The notes under the pieces are model-generated. The model worked only from the letters and a program-made list of their open reading frames with translations, had not been told where the DNA came from and searched no databases. From positions 1 to 28,068 of the forward strand of contig JBFRWN010000096.1 of NCBI GenBank assembly GCA_051439605.1: a stretch of 28,068 bases of DNA, in the 5' to 3' direction. This stretch comes from Synechococcus sp. GTDB taxonomy: Bacteria > Cyanobacteriota > Cyanobacteriia > Thermostichales > PCC-7336. Shown here in pieces: positions 19,549 to 27,947 of this stretch (position 1 is its first letter; each line of letters starts with the position of its first letter). A program made the translations under genes and the position numbers.

Positions 19549-20058
19549 TTAGCGGCGCGAAGATTCCGATTGCCGCTGGCTGCTGCTGGGGTTGGGGGTG
19601 CCGACTGAGGGGGGTGGATCCCACTCATCGAGTTCTTCCAGGGATAAGTCTGCAACAGCACGCACGGGGGTGCCATCGGGCAAAAACATCGTCAGCTTGT
19701 AACTCAAGCTTTTAACGAAGCAACGCAAGTATTCTTTATTGCCCCAGGAAAACAAATAGATCGGAGGGCGATCGGTGTTTTTAGCAAATTCCAAAGCTTC
19801 GCGCAGTTTGTCAATATATTTTTCCATCACATCTTCCCCCGATTCGTAGGTGTCGAACAGGATACTGCTCAAGCTGAGGCTGTAGGGATTGAAAAAGCCA
19901 AAGCTGATTTTGGGAATGCCTTTGTCGGTGCGTGCACCGCTGGAGGCATTGGTTTGCATGCTGCGGCTAAAGCTGAGTTCGGTGGGATTGAACATGAAGG
20001 TAATGGTAGTACCGCCGTCTTTGGCCACCAGTTCTGCTTTTACGGGATATTCGGGCAT
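19549..20058 (-). CDS. CIS tube-initiator/baseplate protein (Afp7-like CIS_tube domain, no LysM)
   Basis: FMFNPTELSFSR, LFDTYE, RPPIYLFSWG, LTMFLPDGTPVRAVADLSLEE, with GGAGG RBS. Confidence 0.88.
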   Translation of the reverse strand: MPEYPVKAELVAKDGGTTITFMFNPTELSFSRSMQTNASSGARTDKGIPKISFGFFNPYSLSLSSILFDTYESGEDVMEKYIDKLREALEFAKNTDRPPIYLFSWGNKEYLRCFVKSLSYKLTMFLPDGTPVRAVADLSLEELDEWDPPPSVGTPNPSSSQRQSESSRR

Positions 20059-20116
20059 TGTTTGTCCTCCACGCGATGTCTAGAGAATGTCTGGGCTAGG
20101 GGGGATAAAGGCGGAA

Positions 20117-23100
20117 TTACCAGGGAAGCCGACCGGTGTAGGAATTACCGTGCCGCTCCCGATCGCGTTCCAGTCGCAATCGCAACATGCTGTAGACCTC
20201 TCGGGCGAGGGTATCCAGATAGGCACTCAACTGCTCGGGATTGTCGGTCTCCTGTGGACTTGCTTGCAGTGTTTCGTCCCAATCGGAGCCGGGAGAAGAA
20301 CTGCTGGCGTTAGCTCCACTGTCTGTATCGAACGCAGCCTGGATGGTGGTTTCTGAAGTGGAGGAGCGATGGGAGATGGGAGATGGGAGCGGGGGAGCGA
20401 TCGCTGTTTCGGACATCAGTTTTGACAAACTGGACCGTTGCTCTGGCAAAGGCCTTGAAGATGGTTGGGGAGAACTCGATGTTTCGGACATCAGCTCTGC
20501 CAAACTGGACCATTGTTCAGGCAAAGCGCTTGAAGGTGACTGGGAGGCTCGCTGGATGGAAGAGCTGGTGGGTTTTGCACCCTTGCTCTGTCTCAAGCCC
20601 GAATTTTTTGCCAGATCGCCGAGACTATTCACCGGAGTTGGGAGTGGTAAAGACGTGCTGACTGGGAGGGCATCCACGTTCGAGGGTTGGGTTTGCGTAT
20701 CCGAGCGATGCGAGCTGGTGACTTGTGGGGTAATCGAAGGCTGAATGAGAGGCTGCAGTACGTTGAGAGTTTGCAAAACGCGGGGGAGTTGAGGGATTAT
20801 CGGTTGCTGCCCGATAGGATGCTGTGTTTGTAACTCTGCTGGTTCTTGGAAGGGGTCATTCGTATTAGCAGCTGCAGGTCGCTCTTCGGACTTTGTTGGA
20901 GCGGGTTCAACCGGAATTAGGGTCTGAGAATAAGGCTCGGTAGCAGTTTTTCTTTGGATGGCTGCTGTTCTAGAGATGTTCGGTGGGACAGGACTTGGGG
21001 GACGAGCAGAAATGTTAGCTGAGTTGGCTTCGGGCGATTGAGGGGATTGGCGCTGAATAGGAGATGACGCGATCGCCGATTCCTGACTTGGTTGTGACTT
21101 TGGAACAAGTTGCCCGATCTTGCCGCGATTTGCAGGGTTACTGTTCGGCTGCTGTTGAAGGCGCTTGGGAGGATCGACGTTAGACTCCAAAGCTGTATGA
21201 GACGGATCGGACGGGCTGACCGGTGTCGGTTGCCCATTATCCGACGATGCATTCACGGTTGGAGGACCCGATTGCTGCCTGTTGTTCTCCTGGATTTGCG
21301 AGGACGGATTGGCAGGCTGACTGGGCGATCTGCCCGGTAATGCTCGATCTGGCGCAGATACGGTGTCAGGTTGAATCGTTGAGGGGGAAGAGAGTGCTGC
21401 TATGGGAGTTTGCGACAATTCGACCGACGTTACAGGATGCTCCTCTGCCTTTTGTTGCAGTGGAAACGGAGTTTGCGAAGATGAGTGCTCTGTCGAGTTT
21501 CCCGAGCGATCGCGAGTTTGCCGTTGATTTGTTTCGCCTGCAACGGGATTGGAGCTGGAGGATTCTTGCTGGGAGGCTGGTGCTGGAGGGTGTGAGGCAG
21601 CTGCTGAAGAATCAGTCCGATTGCTGCCAGGTGACGTTTGGATCGGTTCGTTTAGCTGAGGACGTTGTTGTGTATTCGCTTCACCTGCAAGCTGACGTTG
21701 GAGTGAATGCGATTCAGATGAAGGGATGGTATTGCTCTCTTCCCGACTAACTGCACGATCGCCAGTTGGAGCCGGAGGAGTTTCAGTACCGGTCAGTTCC
21801 GATTTTGCGAGTTTCTCTGAATTGTCCTGTCTTAAGATCTGCGGTTCTGGCCGACTCTCGGGGTTGCGATCGATGGGGGGCGATGAAGGTGTGTCTGCAA
21901 ATGGAGGGGGTTGGATCGCAGGGCTCCCTGAGTCGCTTTTCAGTCCAGGATGAATGGTGGAACCTGCCGGTAAGTTCTGACTTGTCGTTTCTGTGGGATT
22001 GACAGCATCTGGGCTGCTCGGTGGGCTTGAAGATAATGTTTTGAGTTCCCCACTGGATTGGACGGCGGCAGTGTCAGATGGAGGCTCGGACGTCTCGAAC
22101 GCAGCAGCAGGAGCTGCCTCCGGCTGAGATTGAGGCGCGTTGGGGTCGGCAAGACCAGCAGCGGAGGATATTCCCGATGGAGTTCGCTGGACTGGATTGG
22201 GGGATGGATCGCTAGCGATGCCGGAACCGCTCCGATCGCTATCCAGAACCTCTACCCCTGGCGATTGCACGGTGTCTGCAGCGGGGGATTTGTAGCTGCT
22301 GTCCGTAGATTGCGCCTCTGCTCTCTCTGTCTTTGCACCAGTTGCTCTTGCAGAAGTCTCTTCTGGCGAACGATCGACTGTCGAGTTAGAGGGGGTTTGA
22401 ATAGCAGAGGCTTGGGGGCGATCGGTACTGGCTGCATCTAATGAGGGGTCTGCTGCAGAGGGGGTCGAAATCGTTTGACCGCTGGAACTCTTTCTATCTG
22501 AAGTTGGATTGGTTGCGAGGTTTTCCGCGTGAGAGTGTTGTGCGTTCTCCTGGGGCCCGGCTGTTGCTGGGTCGTCCATCCGAGCGGTTGGCTTAAGTTG
22601 GGGAACGGTCGTTTCAGAGCGAACAGTCTGAATTGCTTGTTCTGTGATCGCTCCATGGCTAGGGAGGATAGTTGATGGCGATGAGGTCTCAGCGGGAGCA
22701 GCGAGGTCGCTACCGTTTACCGAAGCCGGAAGGAATGTTGATTCTGCTGACAAGCCGGAAGCTTGGATATCAGGAGCTGGCGGGGTAGGGGCAGGCGTAA
22801 ACGAAGCTCTCTCTGGTTCTGGTGATTGACTGGATTCCTCGCCAGTAACGGATATTTCAGAGGGAGGGGTATGGGCGTCGGTGGAACTAGCAGTCGCGGG
22901 AATCGAAGAAGACTGCGATCGCTCGTTGTTGTGAGAAGTCCCAGACCAGACTGGCTGTGATTGCGAAGAAGAGTCTGAGTACCCATCCATATCGACTCTG
23001 GGAGTCATCTCTCGGGATGCTTCGGAGGCAGGTTTGGCTTGGATGGCAAGAGGCGGTGCATCGCTTCCTAGTTCTGGATCGCTTGCGGGATCTGAAGATG

Positions 23101-26041
23101 ACCTTGTCGGTAACGCCTGACCGGTCGTTGGTTCAGGAGTAAGACTGTCCGGACTATCCGATGGGTTTTCAGGGGAGTTCACTAACTCTTTTTCGGGCGA
23201 TCGCAGTAGTTCGTAAGAAGGAGCTGAAGAGGGCACTGGCGGATTGCTGACTTTAGGGGGCTCCTTAGGTTGAGAGTGTGCTGAAGGGGATTCGGTAACG
23301 ACAGGAGGATCGGACTTCGTTGATGGCGATCGCTGAACTTGGGTTGAGGGTGGCTCGGCAGCGATAGGAGGGGTAGATTTCGTTGATGGCGATCGCTGAA
23401 CGGAGAGGAATGCTGGATTGCGGGTACTGGTGGTATCGGTGCGGTCGCTGTCCTGTGCCTGCGAATCGTAAGACTGAAAAGTCTCCTGTGCTGGAGCGTC
23501 CAAGGACCAGCCATCGGGTTGCTCCGAAGCTCGCTTGGTACGTTTGCCTGCTTCTGTCGCGGGGGTATTCGCTGGCGATCGGTTCTCAGTTGAGTCTGTA
23601 GCTACTTGAACAACAGGGACATGGGTCGGCTCGGTACCGCTGATGTCCGAGGGTGGTTTTGCGGTTGGCTGTGACGCGATCGCCTGTTCGCTCGAACTTC
23701 TACGATCTGGATCCGAACTCTCTGAAGGGGAGGGCGCTTGTGGTTGGCTTACTCGTGAGGGTGGGCTGGCAGGTGTTGCGCTACTCGGTTGAATTGGGGT
23801 GTCTGCTTGAGAAGCTATCGCGCCTGAGTGTTGAGGCTGAATGGCTTGCTCTGCTTCTGAATTCAACGGCGCGTGAATTCCAGAGGTATGACGATGGGGA
23901 TTGTTGATACTTTCAGCTGAGTGGGAAAGTATGGATTGCGATTGCTCGCCACCAGTCGAGTTCCCCGATGAAAAAGGCTGCGATGGGGAAAATGCGGGGC
24001 CGGTCTGTCGCGGTGGGTCTGTCGCATTGTCTTGACGTTGAGTGACTAGTGACGGCTCAATACCTTCGTTTAGTCGATCTCTGGAGGACTGAGATGAATT
24101 TGGGGCTGTGCTCGCAGACTCGACAGGCGACTCGTTAGATATATTCTGCGAGGGAGTGGACGTTACGGAAGGCGTTGGTTGACGCTGAATATTGGGTGAT
24201 TCTGGGGCTGAGTTTTCGACGTCATTCCTGTTTGAAGGGCTTGTTGTTGGTAAAGACTGAGGTGACGGCAAGCCATCACTGCATGTCTGAGTCGGATGGA
24301 TGATTATATCTTGAGGGAGAGGAGAAGGTACTGGATTCTGCTCTACACCATTCATTCTTGGAGAGGTCTGCAGTCTCGATCCGGGGGCATCTGGCTGTGG
24401 TAAAGCCATCAATGCAGGATTGGCGGACTCATTGGTTTGGCTGGTTGGAGCTGACTGAGTTGCATCAGTCCGCGAGAGAGAGGGTTGGTTAGGGTCAATT
24501 TGTCTCTGAACCTGCGGTAGAGAGGTGGGGCGATCGCCCGGCTGAGTCTGACCTTCTATAGATGACTCAATTACTGGGTCGTTAGTCTCGCCGCTATTTC
24601 GGAGCTCTACAGCATTGATTTCTGAAGAGGTTTGCAGCTGTATCCCCGATGTATTTTGCTTTGGCGAAGCAATCGATGCCGCATTGGCAGACTCATTGAT
24701 TTGGCTTCCTTGAGAGGTTTGTTGAGTGGGTTCAGGGTTGGCTTCGCTGGTGCGATCGCTTGGTGTTTGCGGTGAGGGAGTTTGTGGGTGGGGAGCGGAC
24801 GTTGTGGGAGGCGTTCGTCGATTTTGAATATTGCCCGTTGTCACAGTAGAGCTTTCGCTGTTATCTGCTGGAATGCGGGCAATCGGTATAGATCCAGAAT
24901 TTTTAGCTGGCAGTGAACTTTGGGAGGGGGGACGTAACCCCTGTTCAGAGGTCAACGTTGACTGAGTTGCACCACTCTGCGAGAGAGACGGTTGATTGGG
25001 GTCAGTTCGTTTCTGCATCTGCGCGGGAGAGGAGGCGCGATTGCCCGATTGAACCTGTTTTTGTTTCGGTTGCTCAATTACAGGGGGATCGGTCTCGCGG
25101 ATAGGGGATGCGAGCGGAGCTGATGAAGACGCTTGGGATGCGCTAGAGCTAGGGTTAGAAGTCCTTTGACTAGGGTTTTCTATTGAAGGGGGAGTGGGGG
25201 GAGGACTCGGATCGGACTTGGGTTGGATTGCTGCATCGGCAGACTGGGTGGTACCTGCACGATCGCTTGGAGCCTGGGTGACAGGAATAGAAGATGGGCT
25301 CGAATTGGTTGGCTGATTGCTGGAGACTTGTTGCCCATCGTCAGAGGGGTTAACTGTAGGCGATCGCGAGCCTTGCGAGGGATGAAAGGAATGTGACGGC
25401 GATTCGGAGTTTGAAGTAGCTGGAGACAGCGAAGTAGATTCTAAAGATCTCTGATCGGCCAGATTTTCTTCACTTCCACTGGTTACAGGTCTGACCTCGC
25501 TGACAGAGGCATTTTGGGGTTCGTCAGATATTGAGGTCTGTGGCTTGGCTTGTGGTGATGGTACGGAAGAAGTTGCTTGGGGGCTGATATCGCGCTGGGT
25601 TGAAGGAGAAGGCTCTCCAGATTTCCGAGCGGTCTGTCTAGAAATTTGTTCCCCGCTTCCCGCAGGGCTAGAGGGGGGAGAAACAGTCTGCCGAGTAGTC
25701 GACGACGTGAGTAGAGATCGATCGCCACCTAGTGCCGCTTGTGTCCCATCAACTATTGCCGAAGGATTCGCCGTTCCTTCTGGCGGCAGTTGACTCGCTG
25801 GGAAAGCCCGATCGGAGAGGAGTTGTAGAACCGAAGTACTTGAAAAATTATCCTGCTGTAGACTGCTTGTCGATAGCGGAGCGAGGACGCCGAGGGAGCG
25901 GGTTCCCAGTCGAAATGCCGGCGACGATCCCTGTCTGCCTAAAGGGGGAGGAGGCAACAAGGGACTGTGAAGTCCTAGAGGGGTAGCGGTTTCCTCTAGT
26001 GGGGGGTGAGGGGAATGACGATCGGAGGGGTGAGAGGCCAT
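20117..26041 (-). CDS. Very large Ser/Pro/Gln/Thr-rich disordered CIS-associated protein with helical C-terminal motif
   Basis: 1974 open codons, starting 3 nt after the tube gene stop. Low complexity, recurring (I/V)QR motifs, C-terminus LDTLAREVYSMLRLRLERDRERHG. Confidence 0.8.
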   Translation of the reverse strand: MASHPSDRHSPHPPLEETATPLGLHSPLLPPPPLGRQGSSPAFRLGTRSLGVLAPLSTSSLQQDNFSSTSVLQLLSDRAFPASQLPPEGTANPSAIVDGTQAALGGDRSLLTSSTTRQTVSPPSSPAGSGEQISRQTARKSGEPSPSTQRDISPQATSSVPSPQAKPQTSISDEPQNASVSEVRPVTSGSEENLADQRSLESTSLSPATSNSESPSHSFHPSQGSRSPTVNPSDDGQQVSSNQPTNSSPSSIPVTQAPSDRAGTTQSADAAIQPKSDPSPPPTPPSIENPSQRTSNPSSSASQASSSAPLASPIRETDPPVIEQPKQKQVQSGNRASSPAQMQKRTDPNQPSLSQSGATQSTLTSEQGLRPPSQSSLPAKNSGSIPIARIPADNSESSTVTTGNIQNRRTPPTTSAPHPQTPSPQTPSDRTSEANPEPTQQTSQGSQINESANAASIASPKQNTSGIQLQTSSEINAVELRNSGETNDPVIESSIEGQTQPGDRPTSLPQVQRQIDPNQPSLSRTDATQSAPTSQTNESANPALMALPQPDAPGSRLQTSPRMNGVEQNPVPSPLPQDIIIHPTQTCSDGLPSPQSLPTTSPSNRNDVENSAPESPNIQRQPTPSVTSTPSQNISNESPVESASTAPNSSQSSRDRLNEGIEPSLVTQRQDNATDPPRQTGPAFSPSQPFSSGNSTGGEQSQSILSHSAESINNPHRHTSGIHAPLNSEAEQAIQPQHSGAIASQADTPIQPSSATPASPPSRVSQPQAPSPSESSDPDRRSSSEQAIASQPTAKPPSDISGTEPTHVPVVQVATDSTENRSPANTPATEAGKRTKRASEQPDGWSLDAPAQETFQSYDSQAQDSDRTDTTSTRNPAFLSVQRSPSTKSTPPIAAEPPSTQVQRSPSTKSDPPVVTESPSAHSQPKEPPKVSNPPVPSSAPSYELLRSPEKELVNSPENPSDSPDSLTPEPTTGQALPTRSSSDPASDPELGSDAPPLAIQAKPASEASREMTPRVDMDGYSDSSSQSQPVWSGTSHNNERSQSSSIPATASSTDAHTPPSEISVTGEESSQSPEPERASFTPAPTPPAPDIQASGLSAESTFLPASVNGSDLAAPAETSSPSTILPSHGAITEQAIQTVRSETTVPQLKPTARMDDPATAGPQENAQHSHAENLATNPTSDRKSSSGQTISTPSAADPSLDAASTDRPQASAIQTPSNSTVDRSPEETSARATGAKTERAEAQSTDSSYKSPAADTVQSPGVEVLDSDRSGSGIASDPSPNPVQRTPSGISSAAGLADPNAPQSQPEAAPAAAFETSEPPSDTAAVQSSGELKTLSSSPPSSPDAVNPTETTSQNLPAGSTIHPGLKSDSGSPAIQPPPFADTPSSPPIDRNPESRPEPQILRQDNSEKLAKSELTGTETPPAPTGDRAVSREESNTIPSSESHSLQRQLAGEANTQQRPQLNEPIQTSPGSNRTDSSAAASHPPAPASQQESSSSNPVAGETNQRQTRDRSGNSTEHSSSQTPFPLQQKAEEHPVTSVELSQTPIAALSSPSTIQPDTVSAPDRALPGRSPSQPANPSSQIQENNRQQSGPPTVNASSDNGQPTPVSPSDPSHTALESNVDPPKRLQQQPNSNPANRGKIGQLVPKSQPSQESAIASSPIQRQSPQSPEANSANISARPPSPVPPNISRTAAIQRKTATEPYSQTLIPVEPAPTKSEERPAAANTNDPFQEPAELQTQHPIGQQPIIPQLPRVLQTLNVLQPLIQPSITPQVTSSHRSDTQTQPSNVDALPVSTSLPLPTPVNSLGDLAKNSGLRQSKGAKPTSSSIQRASQSPSSALPEQWSSLAELMSETSSSPQPSSRPLPEQRSSLSKLMSETAIAPPLPSPISHRSSTSETTIQAAFDTDSGANASSSSPGSDWDETLQASPQETDNPEQLSAYLDTLAREVYSMLRLRLERDRERHGNSYTGRLPW
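20405..20535. repeat. Imperfect in-frame duplication, 75-nt period
   Basis: TGTTTCGGACATCAG…CAAACTGGACC…GGCAAAG…CTTGAAG at 20405-20460 and 20480-20535, encoding LPEQWSSLAELMSET / LPEQRSSLSKLMSET. Confidence 0.9.
23316..23401. repeat. In-frame duplication, 63-nt period, each copy containing HIP1
   Basis: Exact TTCGTTGATGGCGATCGCTGAAC at 23316-23338 and 23379-23401, encoding VQRSPSTK twice. Confidence 0.9.
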
Positions 26042-26044
26042 TGC

Positions 26045-26581
26045 TTAGTTGCTGGAGAAATATCCAGAGGGGCCGCGACGGTCAAGGTAGAGGGCGCCGC
26101 CGCTACCGTTGCGATTGCTCCCGGTGGCTATTTTTAATCCTTCGTAGGCGATCGTGAGCTCCTCTACAGCAACGTTGTTGGAATCTGCACTAAAGCTGGG
26201 TCCTTGCCAGCCGACGGGGACGGCACCGATCAGAGTCCAGCACTGCATCGTTTCCCCCGCCTGGTTGAACAGCAAGATATTGATGTTTCTTCGCAGGTCT
26301 TTCAGTCGGTTGTTGGCCCGCCGTACTTCCAGCATTTTGCCGATCCATTCCAAAAAGACCAGATCGTCGGTGATGCCTCGCTTGAGGGTGACGTCAGAGA
26401 AATCCGTTTGGCCGAGTATCAATCGCTGTTGGTCGTTGACTCCGCCCTCCTTTTGCTTGTCGCATTTCACCTGAAATCCCAAGCCGGAGCATTCTGTAAA
26501 CGCTGCCGTAATCCGGCTTTCGATTTCTACGTAGAAGCGGTTGGTGGTGACGTAGTTCAGTTGCGGGCTATCATCTGCCAT
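26045..26581 (-). CDS. Phage T4 gp19-type tail tube protein (Afp1/Afp5-like, likely Afp5/Cis5)
   Basis: RFYVEI…AFTECSGL, EGGVND, DVTLKRGIT, WTLIGAVPVGWQGPSFSADSNNVAVEELTIAYEG. Confidence 0.93.
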   Translation of the reverse strand: MADDSPQLNYVTTNRFYVEIESRITAAFTECSGLGFQVKCDKQKEGGVNDQQRLILGQTDFSDVTLKRGITDDLVFLEWIGKMLEVRRANNRLKDLRRNINILLFNQAGETMQCWTLIGAVPVGWQGPSFSADSNNVAVEELTIAYEGLKIATGSNRNGSGGALYLDRRGPSGYFSSN

Positions 26582-26807
26582 TTCGACTTCTCCCGCATCC
26601 GCGCTGCCGTTCCTGTTGGCGATGCAGGTCGTCTTGCATCAACCGATAGACGCGATCGCTCAATTGCTGTAGCGCTAGCGGATCGTCCAAAATTTTTTCG
26701 GCCAATCTTCCGAGTCCCTTTAGGTCGGCTGGACTGAGGGCTTCAAAGTCAACTCCAAACGCAGACCCGGTCAGGTCGTTGTTGATAGAGGAATGAGACG
26801 ATGGCAT
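26571..26807 (-). CDS. Small CIS-associated helical protein
   Basis: Overlaps the tube gene start by 11 nt. Contains LAEKILDDPLALQQLSDRVYRLMQDDLHRQQER. The start is ATG 26807 (GGAG upstream) or 26882. Confidence 0.7.
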   Translation of the reverse strand: MPSSHSSINNDLTGSAFGVDFEALSPADLKGLGRLAEKILDDPLALQQLSDRVYRLMQDDLHRQQERQRGCGRSRNGR

Positions 26808-27175
26808 TCCATTCAGCTCCGTTCGCTGTTCGCCCGCAAGTCGCCCGACTATCGCAAAGGCAATAGTCATAAAAAGCGGCATTTATACCCTATACATCAG
26901 GGGTCGGCATGCCTAGTAGCTGAAGGTCGAGGTGTAGGAAATCTGTAAGAGAGGGTCTCAGATTCAGAGGATGTTGAGACTCAGTGCGACTGTTTTGATG
27001 CTGAAAGGCTTGCCTGTTGCTTTTCCACTTTGATTCAAGAGGTAGGTATCGATATTGTTTGGCGATCGCTTAGATATCTTTGCTTCTGTCGATGCGATGT
27101 TTCTTTGGGTTTGAATTTCGGGCGCGTTCGAGTGACTATTTGGGATGTTAATGCCTCGTAACAACTGGGTTCGAT

Positions 27176-27378
27176 TCCGCCTAATTGCCTGTTTGGGGAT
27201 GTTAGGCGGATAAAGCCTCAGATACGGACCGAAGATACACAGGAAGTTTCCGCATAATACCCATTGAAAGGGTATTATGCGGAAAACTTGTCCTACTAAA
27301 CTTCATTTTTGAGGTGTTAGGCGGAAAGTTTCCGCCTAATCGCCCGATTGAAGGGTGTTATGCGGAATGAGTCCGTAT
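27176..27378. repeat. Array of four palindromic units TCCGCMTAA-N17/18-TTAKGCGGA
   Basis: Units at 27176-27210, 27249-27283, 27291-27325 (degenerate left arm) and 27331-27366. Unit 2 sits in a perfect 16-bp inverted repeat (27247-27262/27270-27285). ATACGGAC (27222-27229) pairs with GTCCGTAT (27371-27378). Confidence 0.9.
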
Positions 27379-27422
27379 ATTTAATAGTCTGCCACTGAAT
27401 TCACAAATCGCTGGGGGCTGTA

Positions 27423-27920
27423 GTGAGTGAGAAGAAGTCATTCTTTCAAACATTGCCGGGGATACTAACCGGTCTGGCTGCGTTGCTGAGTGCAGTGACG
27501 GGCTTGTACCTTGCTTTCAGAAGAGATGATCGACCAATCTATAGCCCGAGCTCTCCTACTGAGACTCCTATAGCAGCTCAGCCGCAGCCAACAGAATCTA
27601 ACTTTGCTGAGGTGATGCGTGGCATCTGGAAGAACGAAGACTCCAATACCCGGGGCGTGACTAAGATTGTAATCCTAAGGAAGAGCGGAGAAACATTTGT
27701 TCAAGCTTGGGGCAAGTGCCATCCTCAGGACTGTGATTGGGGTGAAGCCAAGGCCACAATCGAGGGGGATATTCTCAAGGTTACGTGGTACTGGGCTGGC
27801 GGAGAGCGTGATATGTCTCTCCGTTTGGTAGGAGATCGCCTACAAACAGAAACTATCCACGTTTACAACGACGACCGACCGCCACGCCGATCTTCATACT
27901 GGTTCGTAAGAGGGTCTTAA
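27423..27920 (+). CDS. Membrane-anchored hypothetical protein, cassette-like
   Basis: N-terminal TM (FFQTLPGILTGLAALLSAVTGLYL), Pro-rich linker, beta-rich domain with WGKCHPQDCDWG. GTG start. Confidence 0.8.
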   Translation: MSEKKSFFQTLPGILTGLAALLSAVTGLYLAFRRDDRPIYSPSSPTETPIAAQPQPTESNFAEVMRGIWKNEDSNTRGVTKIVILRKSGETFVQAWGKCHPQDCDWGEAKATIEGDILKVTWYWAGGERDMSLRLVGDRLQTETIHVYNDDRPPRRSSYWFVRGS

Positions 27921-27947
27921 TGATGCAATGTTGAAGATAGTCACCTA

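Larger units (their letters stand above)
836..27069. repeat. HIP1 octamer GCGATCGC dispersed through the window
   Basis: Many exact copies, e.g. 836-843, 1002-1009, 17044-17051, 27062-27069, plus numerous near-matches. HIP1 is a hallmark of cyanobacterial genomes. Confidence 0.95.

Noticed and set aside
20241..25986. Many short ORFs inside the 1974-aa gene
   Set aside because: Shadow or alternative frames with no motifs.
17147..26581. Prophage or type VI secretion system
   Set aside because: No capsid, terminase or integrase, and no Hcp/TssBC/TssJLM. The gp19-type tube plus CIS_tube protein indicates eCIS/tCIS.
26964..27164. 66-aa minus-strand ORF
   Set aside because: TTG start, no motif or clear RBS; probably intergenic.
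27247..27285. Simple rho-independent terminator
   Set aside because: No U-tract follows, and the hairpin is one of four related units.
27176..27366. CRISPR array
   Set aside because: Units are whole palindromes with the variable part inside the hairpin, only 5-7 nt separate units 2-4, and no cas genes are present.
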